The notes beneath the pieces were generated by a model, which ran no database searches, was not told the origin of the DNA, and saw nothing but the letters and a program-made list of their open reading frames with translations. Made by a program: the position numbers and the translations under genes. Shown piece after piece: positions 27,324 to 43,263 of a DNA stretch of 64,000 nucleotides; the first letter of the stretch is position 1, and each line of letters starts with the position of its first letter. The stretch is from the human T2T-CHM13v2.0 reference genome, Homo sapiens, in assembly GCF_009914755.1 (NCBI RefSeq), contig NC_060939.1, one strand, 5' to 3'.

Positions 27324-28084
27324 TGTGTACCTGTTTTAAGTGAGAATTGTAAAGAATCTTAGAAATCATCCTAACCTAACCTACTTTACTTCCAGATAAG
27401 GAAAATAAGGTACAAAGACATCAACTTCCTTGCTTAAATAATATACTAGAAACCAGGCAATAGCAAACTAGAATTCAAGTTTCTCAATACCTAGTACAAG
27501 TCATTTTATATACCATGAAAAGTCTTCAAGCAGAGAATAAGAGGCAAAGTTGACATTAGTGACAAGTGTGAAAAAGAGTGACCACGGCTATAAGTGAAAG
27601 CAATTTTATGTGTACACTATTATTTTATTATTAGTTATACATAAATATTCTCATCTACAGAACAGTATTTTCTAATATGAAAATACTCTTTATTCTTGGT
27701 CTTGTTAATCCACAACAAAACTTAAACTATTTTATTCCTCAACACTCTATTATGAAAAAAGACAAGTGATCAACTTATCAACTATAAGTAAAAAATCTAT
27801 CACAGACTGACTTTTAAAAGCAATTTTCTGAACTTGAGTGTGGTTTGTTTAAATTCAACCAAGTATCTCTGCTCTGCATCTACACAATAAACACCAAAGT
27901 TCAAAATTATGACTAAAACACTGTAATATCATAAGGTGCCATCTTAAAAAAAAGTTACGTTTTTATAGTCATCTAGCTCTTTGAAAACTGGCTATTAAAT
28001 TGTCATGTAAAACCCAAACATTCAATTAAACAAAGATGATCCCCATCAACCTGAGTTGTGAATTGTTTTATCAAGTTAGTCCTC

Positions 28085-28320
28085 ATGAAGCAGCATAGAG
28101 CAGTAGTAAAGGGCTCAACTCTGAAGTCTGTCAACCAGCTCTGCTACTTGCTAGTTGTTTGGATTTGTACAAGTTACACAACATCTCTTTCCTCAGTATT
28201 TCACCTAATTAAATGGGGATAATAGTATCAACTTTCAGAGGGCAGTTACAGGGACTGAGTTATTATCTATGTAACTTTTAGAATGCTGCATGGCTCATAG
28301 TGTATGCCATATAAGTGTTA
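28085..28320 (+). mobile_element. MIR
   Basis: ctctgctacttgctag...cctcagt...aaatggggataatagta. Confidence 0.75.
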
Positions 28321-31300
28321 AATTTAAAATAAAACTAAATGCTATGATATACATCTTTCCCCATTAGGATTCTCTTTCCCCACAGAATCCTAAATTTGTA
28401 AAATCATTTGCCCAAGGCCACACACTTTATCAGTAAGTGGAGGATCATCTTGAAACCCATTGGTACTACATGAATTCGGACAGTTACTCCTTTTGTTCCA
28501 CATGTCTCTCCTTTTTAAAGCTCTCAATTTAAGTACTACGGGAAAAGTCTAGATCATGTGGTTCCAGAAACAACAAGAGGATATCCAACTTGGAAACATT
28601 ATCCTTATAATGCATGGCAAAACTGTACAATTACATCTGGTTATAAATAAAGTGTTTCAATGTTCTCCTTTGTGCATTAAAAAACACCTAGAGTTAATTA
28701 AAACTAAACTTGATCCCTTTATCATCAAAGAGAAATAAGCAGCTTCTGTGGGAGAAAAGATAAGGGAAAGCTGAAAAAAAAAAAAAAAGAGAGCGAGAGA
28801 ATGGCCAAGAGTTGGTTTTTTTGTGGAATTCAGGATATATTTTCATTAATTTACAGGTGAGGAAATTGGACTTCAGAGAGGTAAAGTGACTTGCTCAGGC
28901 ATACACAGCAACATAATGGTAAAGGGGGGCCTTAAACCTACGTCTCTTGTGTAGGGAAAATGTCAGAAATTTGGGGATTTATTTCCAAATCTCATCCAGT
29001 GTGCCAAACTCTACCCCTGTTATTAGTTCAATTCCAATTGTGGCTCAGGGAAGAATTATGGACAGAGTTCAGAGAGAACATGAAGCCTTAGATATTTGTC
29101 AGTTTACTGTCAAGGTCATTCTTGTTGCCTATTCTGTAACAGTTATTCAGCCTCTTGAGGTTTGATTCATGTCCTTACTGTAAAACATGTTGGTATCTAA
29201 TTCCCAATCCCAGTTTTCCTATGAATTCTAACTAGGTTTTCCAGTTCACTTTTCTGCTTTCCTGCCGGAATGCTCTTTGTTTCTCTGCCCATGCAACCCC
29301 TCTGACCCCTATTTTTGTCAATGAGACATAACATTAGTTGTGTTTTCTCAATGTCAGCCATATTTGATAGACTCCTCTCTGCCAGAGCCACCCAAATTCT
29401 AAACCTGATACTTTCAAAGTTGCAAAAGAAGGGCTGTGAATGAGTCAGAAAATACCTAAGAGGGAAGGGAAGGAGAAGGGTAGACAATTTAAGAGTACCC
29501 TGTCACAAACTGCACATTTTTCAATGAAGAAACTGAAAATCTGCCAACTTCTAATCGTTGATTTCAGTTAAATTCCAATTAATACCTTATTATAATGCCC
29601 TGTTTGCCTCTAACTCAACTATAAACTCTATTAGTACAGGGGCCAGGTCTAAATATTCATCATTTTATTACCAGTGCCTAGGACGCTGCTTGACACATAG
29701 CAAGTACTCAATAAATATATAAGCAAAATGAAAGCAGGCATAAAAGTGTAGTGATTTAGCTTATTGAAAGGCACTAGCACTTGTAGATCAACTTTGATCT
29801 ATGTTGAAGTATGACCAACTGAAGAATTCACATATTACAAGACAGGAAAACTCAGATTATCAGCCCTACATTAAGGGAGAAAAAATGTCAGACTGAAGGT
29901 GGTCAGAACATCAGGCAATGCTTATGCATTTTTTTTTTTGCTTTTGCTTTTATTTTACTATGATTTTTAAAAACAATTTAACTTATTCACAATGATTTTA
30001 ATTAAGAGTTGTTAACACACACAGGACTGAAATGATTACATTCGTGTATGTTCCTGGGCCTCAGCCACCAGTATCTTAAGAAAATTTATAATGCCACTTA
30101 ATAGCCAATTCTGCCATCTGATTGTGTCTTCAACAAAATGCTAAAAGTAGGTCCCTCTCAATCTAATGTAATTTTGAGAGGCAGATTTCATCACACTAAA
30201 TCTCACAGAAGCCAAAGGAAAAGCTTTGGCTAATTCTCTAATCGCTAATTCTCGATTGTGAATGATTAGGACAACTAGAATCACCAATGGAAATGAAGGA
30301 AAGAAAGGCAGGCTTAGTGACTGATGAGACATGTGGGAATTTGGAATTTAATTCTCTCCAGTGCTCTAAAATGTCTCTTAGATATATCTAATGCTGTTCT
30401 TCATGTCTGCAGACATTGTATCAGGCCCACACACACTCTTAAGACGATTATGAACAGAATCAATATAAAATATTCAGTCAATGATTTTAGATATTTTAAG
30501 ACTAATAGTATTTTATAAAGCCCTTTGAGCTTCTTGGAACAACAAATCTAAGTTATGTTAGAATCCAAGTATTTCTAGATAAAAGACTTAAAAAGAACCT
30601 AAGAGAATTCTGGAAACACAGAAGATGCTCCTCTGATATGAGCCATGCCAGGGCTGTGTACTCAGAACTCAGGCCACACTGATTTTCTGTGACGTTCTCT
30701 AAGTCAGTTACAGCTAAGTAATAAAATGGGTACTAATACCTTTCTCACTTTTGTAAATACTGCAAAATGTAAAACAGTAATTACCTGTCAATCTGAATTT
30801 GTTACCATAACTATTTACTACAGTAATGTAAAAACTACAATGTGATATAGTTTTTTAAAAACACTATCCTAGATACAGCAAAACTTTTAAAAAGGCATAT
30901 TTTTAATGTTATTTAAACTCCTCAAATGATATTATGAATAGATTAAAAGCTTACATGACAAAGAAATGAATATGTCATGTGATTAGTTTTTATGTATCTT
31001 CCATTAAAATAATTTTAACTGAAGTGCCATGAAAGTATAACACAAAACAAAAACTCTATTTTAATAATAGTACAATTGATGACTTCATTAAAGAAATTTC
31101 CATCTATTTTATGCAACTACTTAATTTTTCACTCAATTGTTAACAAATATATTTTCTAGACCACAAAAATCTGAAGCTAAGGAAGGTAAATCTTCTCCTT
31201 TATACAATCCTGAAGGGCCATTCTCTTCCCAGAAGACTAAAATTAGCTGTCATAACAAACATCTTGCCCTCGCCAATTCAAATTCTTAATTACAGAAAGC

Positions 31301-31444
31301 CTTCAATCTATAAGTGTCCATATTCCCTTCCTGGCTGCTTAATAATCCAAACATAGTCATTTTTTGTGGAGTTAAGAGTTTTTTTGGATTGCTTTTAACT
31401 AAAGGTTTTTTAAAAAATTCAATATCACGTTAGAGGTCATATAA

Positions 31445-31735
31445 AGACGTTTTAAGAGCAGTTTTAAGTTTACAGCAAAACTGAGTGGCAAGTAGAGATT
31501 ATACCCCCTCCCCAATACCTGTGTGGCCTCCTCCATTATGAACAACCTCAAAAGAGTGGTATATTTGTTACACTTGATGAACCTACACTGACACATCATA
31601 ATCACTCAAAGTCCATAGTTTGTCTTGGGGTTCACTCAGGATGTCATACATTTTCTGGGTTTGGAAAAATGTTAATGACATGTATCCACCATGAGAGTAT
31701 CATACAGAATCCTTTCATGCCCTAAAAATCCTCAG
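31445..31735 (-). mobile_element. L1MC-type 3' end
   Basis: ttttaagagcagttttaagtttacagcaaaactgag...gatgaacctacactgacacatcat. Confidence 0.8.
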
Positions 31736-31768
31736 TGGAGGTAAGGGTAGTTAAAAAAAAAAAAAAAA

Positions 31769-32079
<311 letters not shown>

Positions 32080-32569
32080 CTAGAAGGATAAGTAATTAAG
32101 AATTGAAATCAAAATGAAGACAGAATTGGGGAAGCAGCAGGGAGAAACAAAACAAATGAAGTAGAAACAATATACAGCAGGAAAATAAGACAAAAAACAA
32201 AAAATATTTGTATACAATAGAGTAAAATTAGAGCTAGAGGAAGTTCAACAGGTTAGGGCAGGACGTTGGTGGTGGTGGGGTACCTAAGGAAAGTCATTAC
32301 TGTACTTTTGTTTCCTGTGTGTTCTGAACAAGTTCTTTTCCCAGACTCCCATCTTTCAAACATCCCAAAGTAGGCCTCCCTGTATTCCTCACATGTGTTC
32401 TACTAGCACTCCTATAAATATAGCTTAAAAGTAGCCCCAAATTTCTAAAAACTAATGTTCTACAACTTTGTTTCCCAAGTTGGTTGTTGAAAGTTCAGAG
32501 TTACTTGTCTTTATTAAACCACAGGCATTACGAAGGTTCCTATGGACTAAGGAAGATGAAGTGCTACAC

Positions 32570-33410
32570 CAAACGCACCACAGAGACTGAGAAGACATGC
32601 CAAAAACAAAGAAAATATTTGCAATGCAAATGCTGACAAAAGATGAATATCTAGAATATTTCACCTAAGAATCCTGAAAGGTTAATGAATATAAGATGTA
32701 GAACTCCTTAATCATTGCAAAATACAAATTAAAACTACAATTACATATGATTTCACATTCAAAGGATTGTGCAGGAAAATTGACTAAATATTGCTAAAGG
32801 TATAGAGCAACAGAAGTGGTCATACACTGCTAGTAAAGGTACACACTGGTGCAAACACTTTCAAAAATAACCTGGCATTACCTAGTTAAGAAGTACATAC
32901 TCTACAACTCAATTACTCTCCTAGGTAAATAACCTAGAAAAAATCTTGTACATGTATGCTAGGAGACTAATATAAGAATGTTCAAAGAAGCACTGTCTAT
33001 AACAACAAAATTTTGGAAAAAACAAGTGTTTATCGTCCATAGAATGAATGCTGTGATACACTCATATAATGGGATACAGGAGTAAACGTAAGTACAAGAA
33101 TAATAACCTACAGCTACATACAGGTTGTAGAACACTATAGGATGATTCTATTTGCATAAAAGTTTAAAAAACAAGCTAAACAACATAGTTTATGGTTATA
33201 TATGTGATAAAATATTTTAAAAGAGACAACACAGAATTCAGAACAGTGGATATTTTGGGGATGTACCTGAGGAGAGGAACACAGGAGTCAGCACACAAGG
33301 TTCTGCTTCTCAAGCTGAGTAGCAACTGCATGGGAGGTCATTTTGCTGTTCTCTAAACCATCTTTAATGTATATGCTCTTTGTAGCTATGATATGCTTCA
33401 TAATTTTAAA
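32570..33410 (+). mobile_element. Old L1 (L1ME-like) 3' fragment
   Basis: Degenerate ORF2 end and 3' UTR motifs (aaatacaaattaaaactaca, catacactgctagt). Confidence 0.7.
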
Positions 33411-34057
33411 AAATTCACATTGTCTCATGTATGACAAAATAAACCTGTTTTTAAAATTTCAGCATGTATGTGGAAAACTGAAGTCTGGGAATTCTGCACA
33501 TCTCACTCTTGCCTAGGTCTCACTGTTTGTAAGGTGGTACTAGTTAGTGAAAAATAAGCACTGTGCTGGATTTCATGAGGTCCACATTCTCCCATATTAA
33601 CCTCTTTTGTTCTAGGTTACTTTAACTATCAAAGTACACCACTTCTTAAAAAAAGTCTTCCAACTTTAAGATTTTATGAGTTGATGAAAATATTAAGGTG
33701 AAGAATTATGGTATAAAGGGAAAAAAGACAATATTCAACTTACAATATTGTTCAACTTTCCAAAGGATACAGAGCTGATAAATCCAAGTAATAGGACAAA
33801 CACCTACGCCTATGTGTTATGGCAAATTAGTTTGCCATATATATATAATTTCTAGAATGCATTTTACATTTTTTAATGTAAGAAACAAGTTTTAAAGCAA
33901 GCAACATATCTCGAATTTAACACTCAAACTGAAAGCTACTGACGAAAAGTTAGATTTCCTCGTTGGCTGGACAAATAACTAAAGTGTTCTAAAACACAAT
34001 GCTAACCCAAGAAATTGCATGGTTCAAAGTGTGTTTTGAAATTGAATAGGCAGTCCC

Positions 34058-34302
34058 ATTGTAACCTCAAACTCCTGGACTCAAGTGATCCTTCTACCTC
34101 AGGCTCCCAAGTAGCTAGGACTACAGGAATGCGCCATCATGCCCAGCTATTTTTTTAAACTTTTCTGTAGAGACAGGAGCCTTGCTATGTTACCCAAGTT
34201 GGTCTCAAACTCCTGGCCTCAAGCGATCCTCCAGCTTCAGCCTCCCAAAGTGCTGGGATTACAGGTGTAGGCTGACAGTGCTGGGATTACATTGCACCTG
34301 AC
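34058..34302 (-). mobile_element. Partial AluJ
   Basis: Antisense, lacks tail; agtgctgggattaca occurs twice. Confidence 0.85.
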
Positions 34303-36326
34303 CAGACAGTATTTCTTAAATAAGTTTTCCTTCATTATAGGAAGGTAGCTGTATACCCATTAACTAAAAACATCTTAAAGTGGAAAAGACTAATTTCATC
34401 TGAATTTTAGTTCATGATACTGTTCAAAAGTTACAGTGCCTCAATTTAGTGAACATAAAATATTGACTACAACTTAAGCAAGTAGTTCTCTTAATCCTTA
34501 TTTCTCTAGTAAGAGATGATCTATTGCTTGAGAACCATGTTGCTTATAATAATTTCTTCTGTTGGTTTAAATAAATAATACCATAAAAGTTAATTTTATT
34601 AAGGGTTAAATAAGATTCCAAAATTATAACTAATTTTAAACCTGAAATACTGAAATCTGATACTTTTCTATGGAACTGTGATGGTGAAACAGTGTAGCAT
34701 AATTAGGAGAAAAGAATAGGCTTTTTGATCAAGTAGGCATAAATCCAAATACTGAGTAACTCTGGGAAAGGTGAAATAATAATTCTTACCCCTAAGAAAT
34801 GTATGAGGAAAAAGGACTCTGCCCTTTGATTTTTGGCACACTTTGCTATGATAGGAATTATTAATTAGTTTTCGGTTAGTATTTGACCTTTAAATAGCAA
34901 GCCCAGTGTAGTTGACAAGTATATTTTAAAAATGACTATAAACATACTTCTCCATATGGTCAGAAGACATTCTTAGCAAAGATTTTATACAAAGGACCAG
35001 AATATAAATTATGAAATTATTGATTTCATGAAGTATTTCATTCATAATGTATTTTATTCAAGGAATGCCATGAAGCATAAAATCTTCCCCCTTTAAGAAA
35101 TGAAATGGGATTATATATAACATAACTGATGGCCAAGGAAAAGTGATAACTAAAATTCATGCAAAGATTTGAAAATAAAATTGTCCTTTAATAACTGTTT
35201 TGTAACTGCAGTAAGTAAAACATTCACTGTAGAATTCAATTTTACAAAGAAGGGAGTAAGATCTAGTAAGTCCAATCAGAGCAAGTACAGGCATGTTACT
35301 TCATTTCTTCATTTATGAAATGGGAATGATATGTATTAGGGGAGAAGGGAAGCTTTTCTCTTTACTCAGGTTGGGCCTGTATACATAGAGAGGACAGGAC
35401 TTTACCATAAGCCTTATCTTCCTACTAGGTGATAGGCTGGAGGGAAAACCTGATTTCTATATTCACTCCTTTTATGAATTTTTCCACAAGGCTGGTGGGG
35501 TGGCTAATTGACTTTGAAAATCACTGGGCTGTTTTCAGCCAGGACAGAGTAACAGATCTAATTTATTCTTATACTTTAAACCACTCAAAATATATAAAAG
35601 AACTGTTTTCAGACACTGGCCAGCAGACAGGACAGGACTGTTATCCCAGGTGGGGAAATAAACAGGTGAGCCCAACAACTGCCCCACCTTACTGTCTGGA
35701 GCAAGTTTCCAGGCTGAAGCACTGGGAAAGCCACATAGAGGCCAGCAGTCTCCCTAAATTAGTGGCAAAAGAAAGAGAAGGGGAGGTTCTAAACAGTTAA
35801 AGCATTGAAGAGGAGACAGTAGCACACAGAAAGCAAGCGCCAGAGAAATGGAGAGCAGTGAAAGAAAAAAAAATCCCATCAATTAGATTTAAAAAACCAA
35901 AGCAGAATGCTTTTTTAGACATCAAAACACTGAAAAAAAATCACTATTAGCAGACCTTCCCTACCAAAAATGTTAAAGGAAGTTCTTCTGACAGAAGGAA
36001 AATAACATCTGAGAATCTATATCTATACAAAAACACTGGAAATCACAAAATCATATAGGTAAATATAATTTTTTCTCAGTTTTAAAATCACTCTTAAATA
36101 TAATTAAAGGAAAAATAATCACAATGCATTGTGGGATTTATAACAGTCTGGATATAAAATGCATAACAATAGCATAAAGGCCCAAAGAAGGTGAAATGGA
36201 AGGTTCTTATACTATACACAAAGTGGCATAATATTGCTTGGAGGTAGCCTATAACAAGTTAAAAATAATGTGCACCCTAAAGTAACTAGTAGTAAAAAAC
36301 AAAACAAAACCCAAGAGGTATAACTA

Positions 36327-36655
<329 letters not shown>

Positions 36656-36696
36656 TGAAAAAGGCACCAAGAAAGATGGGACAAATAAAATTGTAA

Positions 36697-37180
<484 letters not shown>

Positions 37181-37656
37181 TAAAAGTTAAAGGTTAAAAA
37201 AAGATATACCATGCTAACACTAATCAAAAGAAAGCTGGAATGGTTATATTAATACCACATTAAATAGATTTCAGAAAAAAGTGATATTGCTAGTGATGAG
37301 GTCTACTTTATAATGATAAAAAAGCCAATCACCAAGGGCGTATAACAGCCCTAAACATTTATGCACCTAACAACATAGCTTCAAAATGTACGAAGCAAAG
37401 ACCAATGGAATTTTAAGGAGAAATAGAAACACCCACAATTTTATCTGGAGGTTTCAACATACCCTTTTTCAATAATAATCAATAGAACAATTAACAAAGG
37501 ATCACTAAAAATATAGAAAACTTGACTTGACATTTATAAAACACTCCACCATCAAAAGCAGAATGTAGATCCTTACCAGATGCACACAAAACATTTACCA
37601 TGATAGATCATATTCTGAGCCATGAAACAAGTCTCAATAAATTCAAAAGAATTTAC

Positions 37657-37955
<299 letters not shown>

Positions 37956-37960
37956 AAATC

Positions 37961-38440
<480 letters not shown>

Positions 38441-38593
38441 TTTAAATCATAAAGTATGTTTTCCAAATACAATGGAATTAAATTAGAAATCAGTAAGAGA
38501 TATGTGGAAAACCTCAAAATATTTGGAAAGTAAATGACTGGTGATTTTAACAGTCATTGCACCACCCTTTACTCTGAAATGAGGTTACCAAGT

Positions 38594-38960
38594 GCTATGG
38601 GCTAAATTGTGTCCCTTCCAAAACTCATATGTTGAAGTCCTAACCCTCAAAGGGGACTGTAGTTGGAGACAGGGCTTTTAGGAGGTAATTAAGATCAAAT
38701 GGGGTTACACCAACAGGGTCCTAATCCCGTACAACTGGGAATATAAAGAAATGTTATATTCTTTATATTCTCTTAAAAGATGAAGGCTCACATAGAGGCC
38801 ATGCAAGCAAGCCAGGAAGAGTGCCTCACTAGAAATAAAATCAGCTGGCATCTTGATCTTGGGCTTCCCAAACTCCAGAACTATGATAAAATAAATTTCT
38901 GTGGTTTAAGTCACCCAGTCTATCGTATTTTGTTATGGCAGGCTGAGCTGATTAATATTC
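38594..38960 (+). mobile_element. MLT1A-like MaLR LTR
   Basis: tgctatgggctaaattgtgtccc...ctcatatgttgaagtcctaacc...ttgttatggcagg. Confidence 0.85.
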
Positions 38961-39300
38961 AAGGATAAACAAAAACCAGGAATTTGAGTCCATCTTTGCT
39001 ATTCTTTCCTGAAACTCAGGGGAAGTGGTCTTGCCCTTAGCTCTAGATTCCTGCAGGCATGGTGGGGCCTGCATGTAGAGCTAGGTGTTCTCAGTTAATA
39101 AAGAGGGAGTAACAGGAATAAACTGGGGTTTCCAGAAGTTTTACACTTGGGGAATTTGGGGATGCATGCTCAGATTAATAGTGTGGTACTGTATTCCACT
39201 ACCAATTATTGTGTGTATGTACTTCTGGTTGGCACTCAGTTGGAGAAATGGTACCTTGAATTCCTAGCAATTACAGTAACTATCCAACCACCTTACTAAG

Positions 39301-39697
39301 GGAAACTTAAGAGGAAGAATAAATTTGGGATTGGGAGAGCAGGGGTAGGAGTAGGAAATGTAGGACTTCGTGAATGCTACATGTATTTATCATTTTTGTT
39401 TGCTGTTAAACATCAAAGTCCTATGGGCTTTAATTGTTATGATGATTAGAAGTGAAGTACATCAAAGACTGAATTATCAGTCTTACCCCAAAAGAGAAAA
39501 AAGAAATCTTCTGTTCTATGGCACGGTGAAGTCAAGTTGGGGGGCAGGAGAAAAAGGGAGAAAATTAAGACAAAAGAATGAGGAATAAAAGGAAAAGAAA
39601 AATGATACATACATGTAGCATTCATGAAGTCCAACATCATTTCGTACTCCTAGCTCTGCTCTCCCAACCCCAAATTTGCTCGTCCTCTTAAGTTTCC
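39301..39697. repeat. Long inverted repeat: arms 39301-39397 and 39598-39697, 200-bp spacer
   Basis: 87/97 identities plus one 3-nt gap by manual alignment. Confidence 0.95.
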
Positions 39698-40604
39698 TAT
39701 TTACCATTATCCATGCTCAATCACCCAAGCCAAAAACGTAGTAATTGAGTCTTATAAATTGTACCTCCTAATAGCTCTAACCAAGTTTAGTCCTCACTGC
39801 CAATACTACTAAGGCCATCATCTCTTTCACTGGTCTCTCTGCATCTCATCTCTTACCGTTCCCATCCATCTTTACCTCTCTTGTTAGAATTCTATAAAAT
39901 GTAAATATAATTATATTGGATTAAATCTCCATAATGGACCCCACTATATACTAATAAGAGCCCAAACTCTTACATTTTTTAAAGCAGTTTAAAAGTCACT
40001 TAGTAGAAACAGAGGTGAAGCCTCCCTTACTCTCTCAGGCAGACATTTATTATTATAGTATTGCTATTAAAGCTAATAACCAGTGACTTCCTATAAGATG
40101 GAAGCTCTCCCATTCACTCCTATATCCTGAATACCTGAATATTAGGATTTTCTAAATAAACAATCATATCACTGTAATATAATGTTACTTCTTTCCAGTC
40201 TTTATGTTTCTACTTCTTTTTCTTGTCTTTTTGTAATGCCTAGCTATACAATGTGGTATAAAAGCAGCTTGAGTGTCTTCTTTCTGATCTCAGTAAGAAA
40301 ATATTCAACATTTCACCACTAAGTATATTAGGTATAGATTTTCATAGATGTTCTTTAACAGGTTGAGAAGGTTTACAATGTTATCTTGGTTTGATGAATA
40401 GCATGTGAAAGAAATCTCTCAAGGAAATATTTTTCACTTAATTTAGAATGAATCGAGTGCTGAAGAAATTTTAAAGCAACAAACTTGTAGACAAGAATTG
40501 CTGAAGAGTTTGCCACTTTTCAAATTATTTCTTATTTAAGAAACATCTATATATTTAAAAACGCTTACCTTCTATAACATGCCAGAAAAAATACATATCC
40601 TATT

Positions 40605-41100
<496 letters not shown>

Positions 41101-41956
41101 AAAATTACTTCCTACAAAGGCCAGAAAAACATATACTTATTTTGTGCAGTTTTAAAAAGTAAAAAATGAAAATAATCTATTCACTTATTCTAAAATCATA
41201 TTTAAGAAGCCTCCCTTGGGAAGCACTGATTATGAAGAAAAAAAATTACTGGAGAAAGTGACTTGAAATTGACTTCAAGCAAAAAAAAGAAAGTATCAAA
41301 GCTCAGATGAGTCTTTGCTGTCCCAAGAGCAAAAAAAAAAAAAAAAGTCCACCCGAATAGGCTTAAATTAAAAGTTTACCTTTTATATTAAGTATTTTAC
41401 TATCTGATAAGTATGAATATACTTACAAGTCTTTGGGCCTGAAAATCAGACTAGATTAGTTACTAGAAGGGATAAGTGCTAATTCTATAATATCATCTGT
41501 TCCTGAACTTGTATTACAAGCAAAAAAAACTGTTAAGTGGTTAAGGCAAGCACAGTTCTCATAGTAACTGACATTCTCAAAGTCTACTGACAATAACCTT
41601 GTTTCTCATATAACCTCTGGTGCTGAGTTTCTTGAACAAAATTCCCCTGGACTAGACTACTGAATATTTATATCAGGTTTCTATATTTTACAGATATGCC
41701 AGAATAAGAGTATCTAATGAGTAGTAAAATATATTGTATAATGACGGCTTTTAGCATTCTATAAATACAACAGTCTGGGAAATAGCAATTTAGTGCCAGT
41801 CAGGTTTCTGTTTATAAAAGGTCTTATCTATAGAAAATAGCTGAAAAAACAGTTGAATTATTTCATTTACATTGAAGACTGCTGGTAACTGCTTTCTGGT
41901 TTGTGCTTGTGGATCAATCATGCAGTTTTAACACTGTTATAATGCTATAATAATAG

Positions 41957-42304
<348 letters not shown>

Positions 42305-42548
42305 GATGAATATTTTTTCCTATTTAATCTTCATAAAATACTAAGAATACAGTAAAAGTTAAGATACTTGCGCAAAGCCCACATATTAACCATCACACTG
42401 TACTTCCAAGAATAGGCCCATTGTACATGTAATAGTCATTCATGTACAATTACTATTGTTAACTAATCAAATCTAAAGTGTCAATTTTAAGACATATTAC
42501 TCTTTTATCTTTTACTAACAAAAAAGCTTCCAATTAAACTATAGTGTG

Positions 42549-42817
42549 GGCCAGGTGAGGTGGCTCACACCTGTAATCCCAGCACTTTGGTAGGCTGAGG
42601 TTAGGAGTTCAAGAACAGCCTGGCCAACATGGTGAAAACCCGACTCTACTAAAAATACAAAAATGAGCTGGGTGTGGTGGTGGGCACCTGTAATGTAACC
42701 CCAGCTACTTGGGAGGCTGAAGCATGACAATCGGTTGAACTTGGGAGGCAGAGGTTGCAGTGAGTTGAGATCTTGCCACTGAACTCCAGCCTGAGCAACA
42801 GAGCAAGACTCAAGTCT

Positions 42818-42850
<33 letters not shown>
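42549..42850 (+). mobile_element. AluS with short left-arm deletion and ~30-nt poly(A)
   Basis: Sense dimer. Confidence 0.93.
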
Positions 42851-42854
<4 letters not shown>

Positions 42855-43023
42855 GCAATCTTATATCAGAGATTTAAAATGTAGACTACGTACATTTTAA
42901 AATAAACTAAATATGATTATCCTAAAATTATCAGTTTTATCAGATTGATTTAAATGCAATATATACTACTAGATCTGAAAACAAAGTGAGCAAACTATTT
43001 GAATGATTTTCAGCTTCTTTTAA

Positions 43024-43263
43024 ATTTTTATTTATAACTGACATAATTATACATACTTATGGGGTAACAGTGTGATGTTTCAATGTATTTATACATTATA
43101 TAATGATCAAATAGTATATCTATTATGGAAAACACTATGAAGGTTCATCAAAAAATTAAAAAAAGGACTACCATATGATCCAGCATCCCATTATTGAATA
43201 TATATTCAAAGGAAATGAAATCAGTATGTCGAAGAGATACCTGTACTCCCACGTTTATTGCAG
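43024..43263 (-). mobile_element. Short 5'-inverted L1MA insertion
   Basis: Antisense L1 3' terminus joined to a sense L1 segment, TSD ttcttttaa (43015-43023, 43264-43272). Confidence 0.8.

Noticed and set aside
39370-39707. Opposite-strand ORFs sharing MNATC.YHF
   Set aside because: By-product of the inverted repeat; no coding signature
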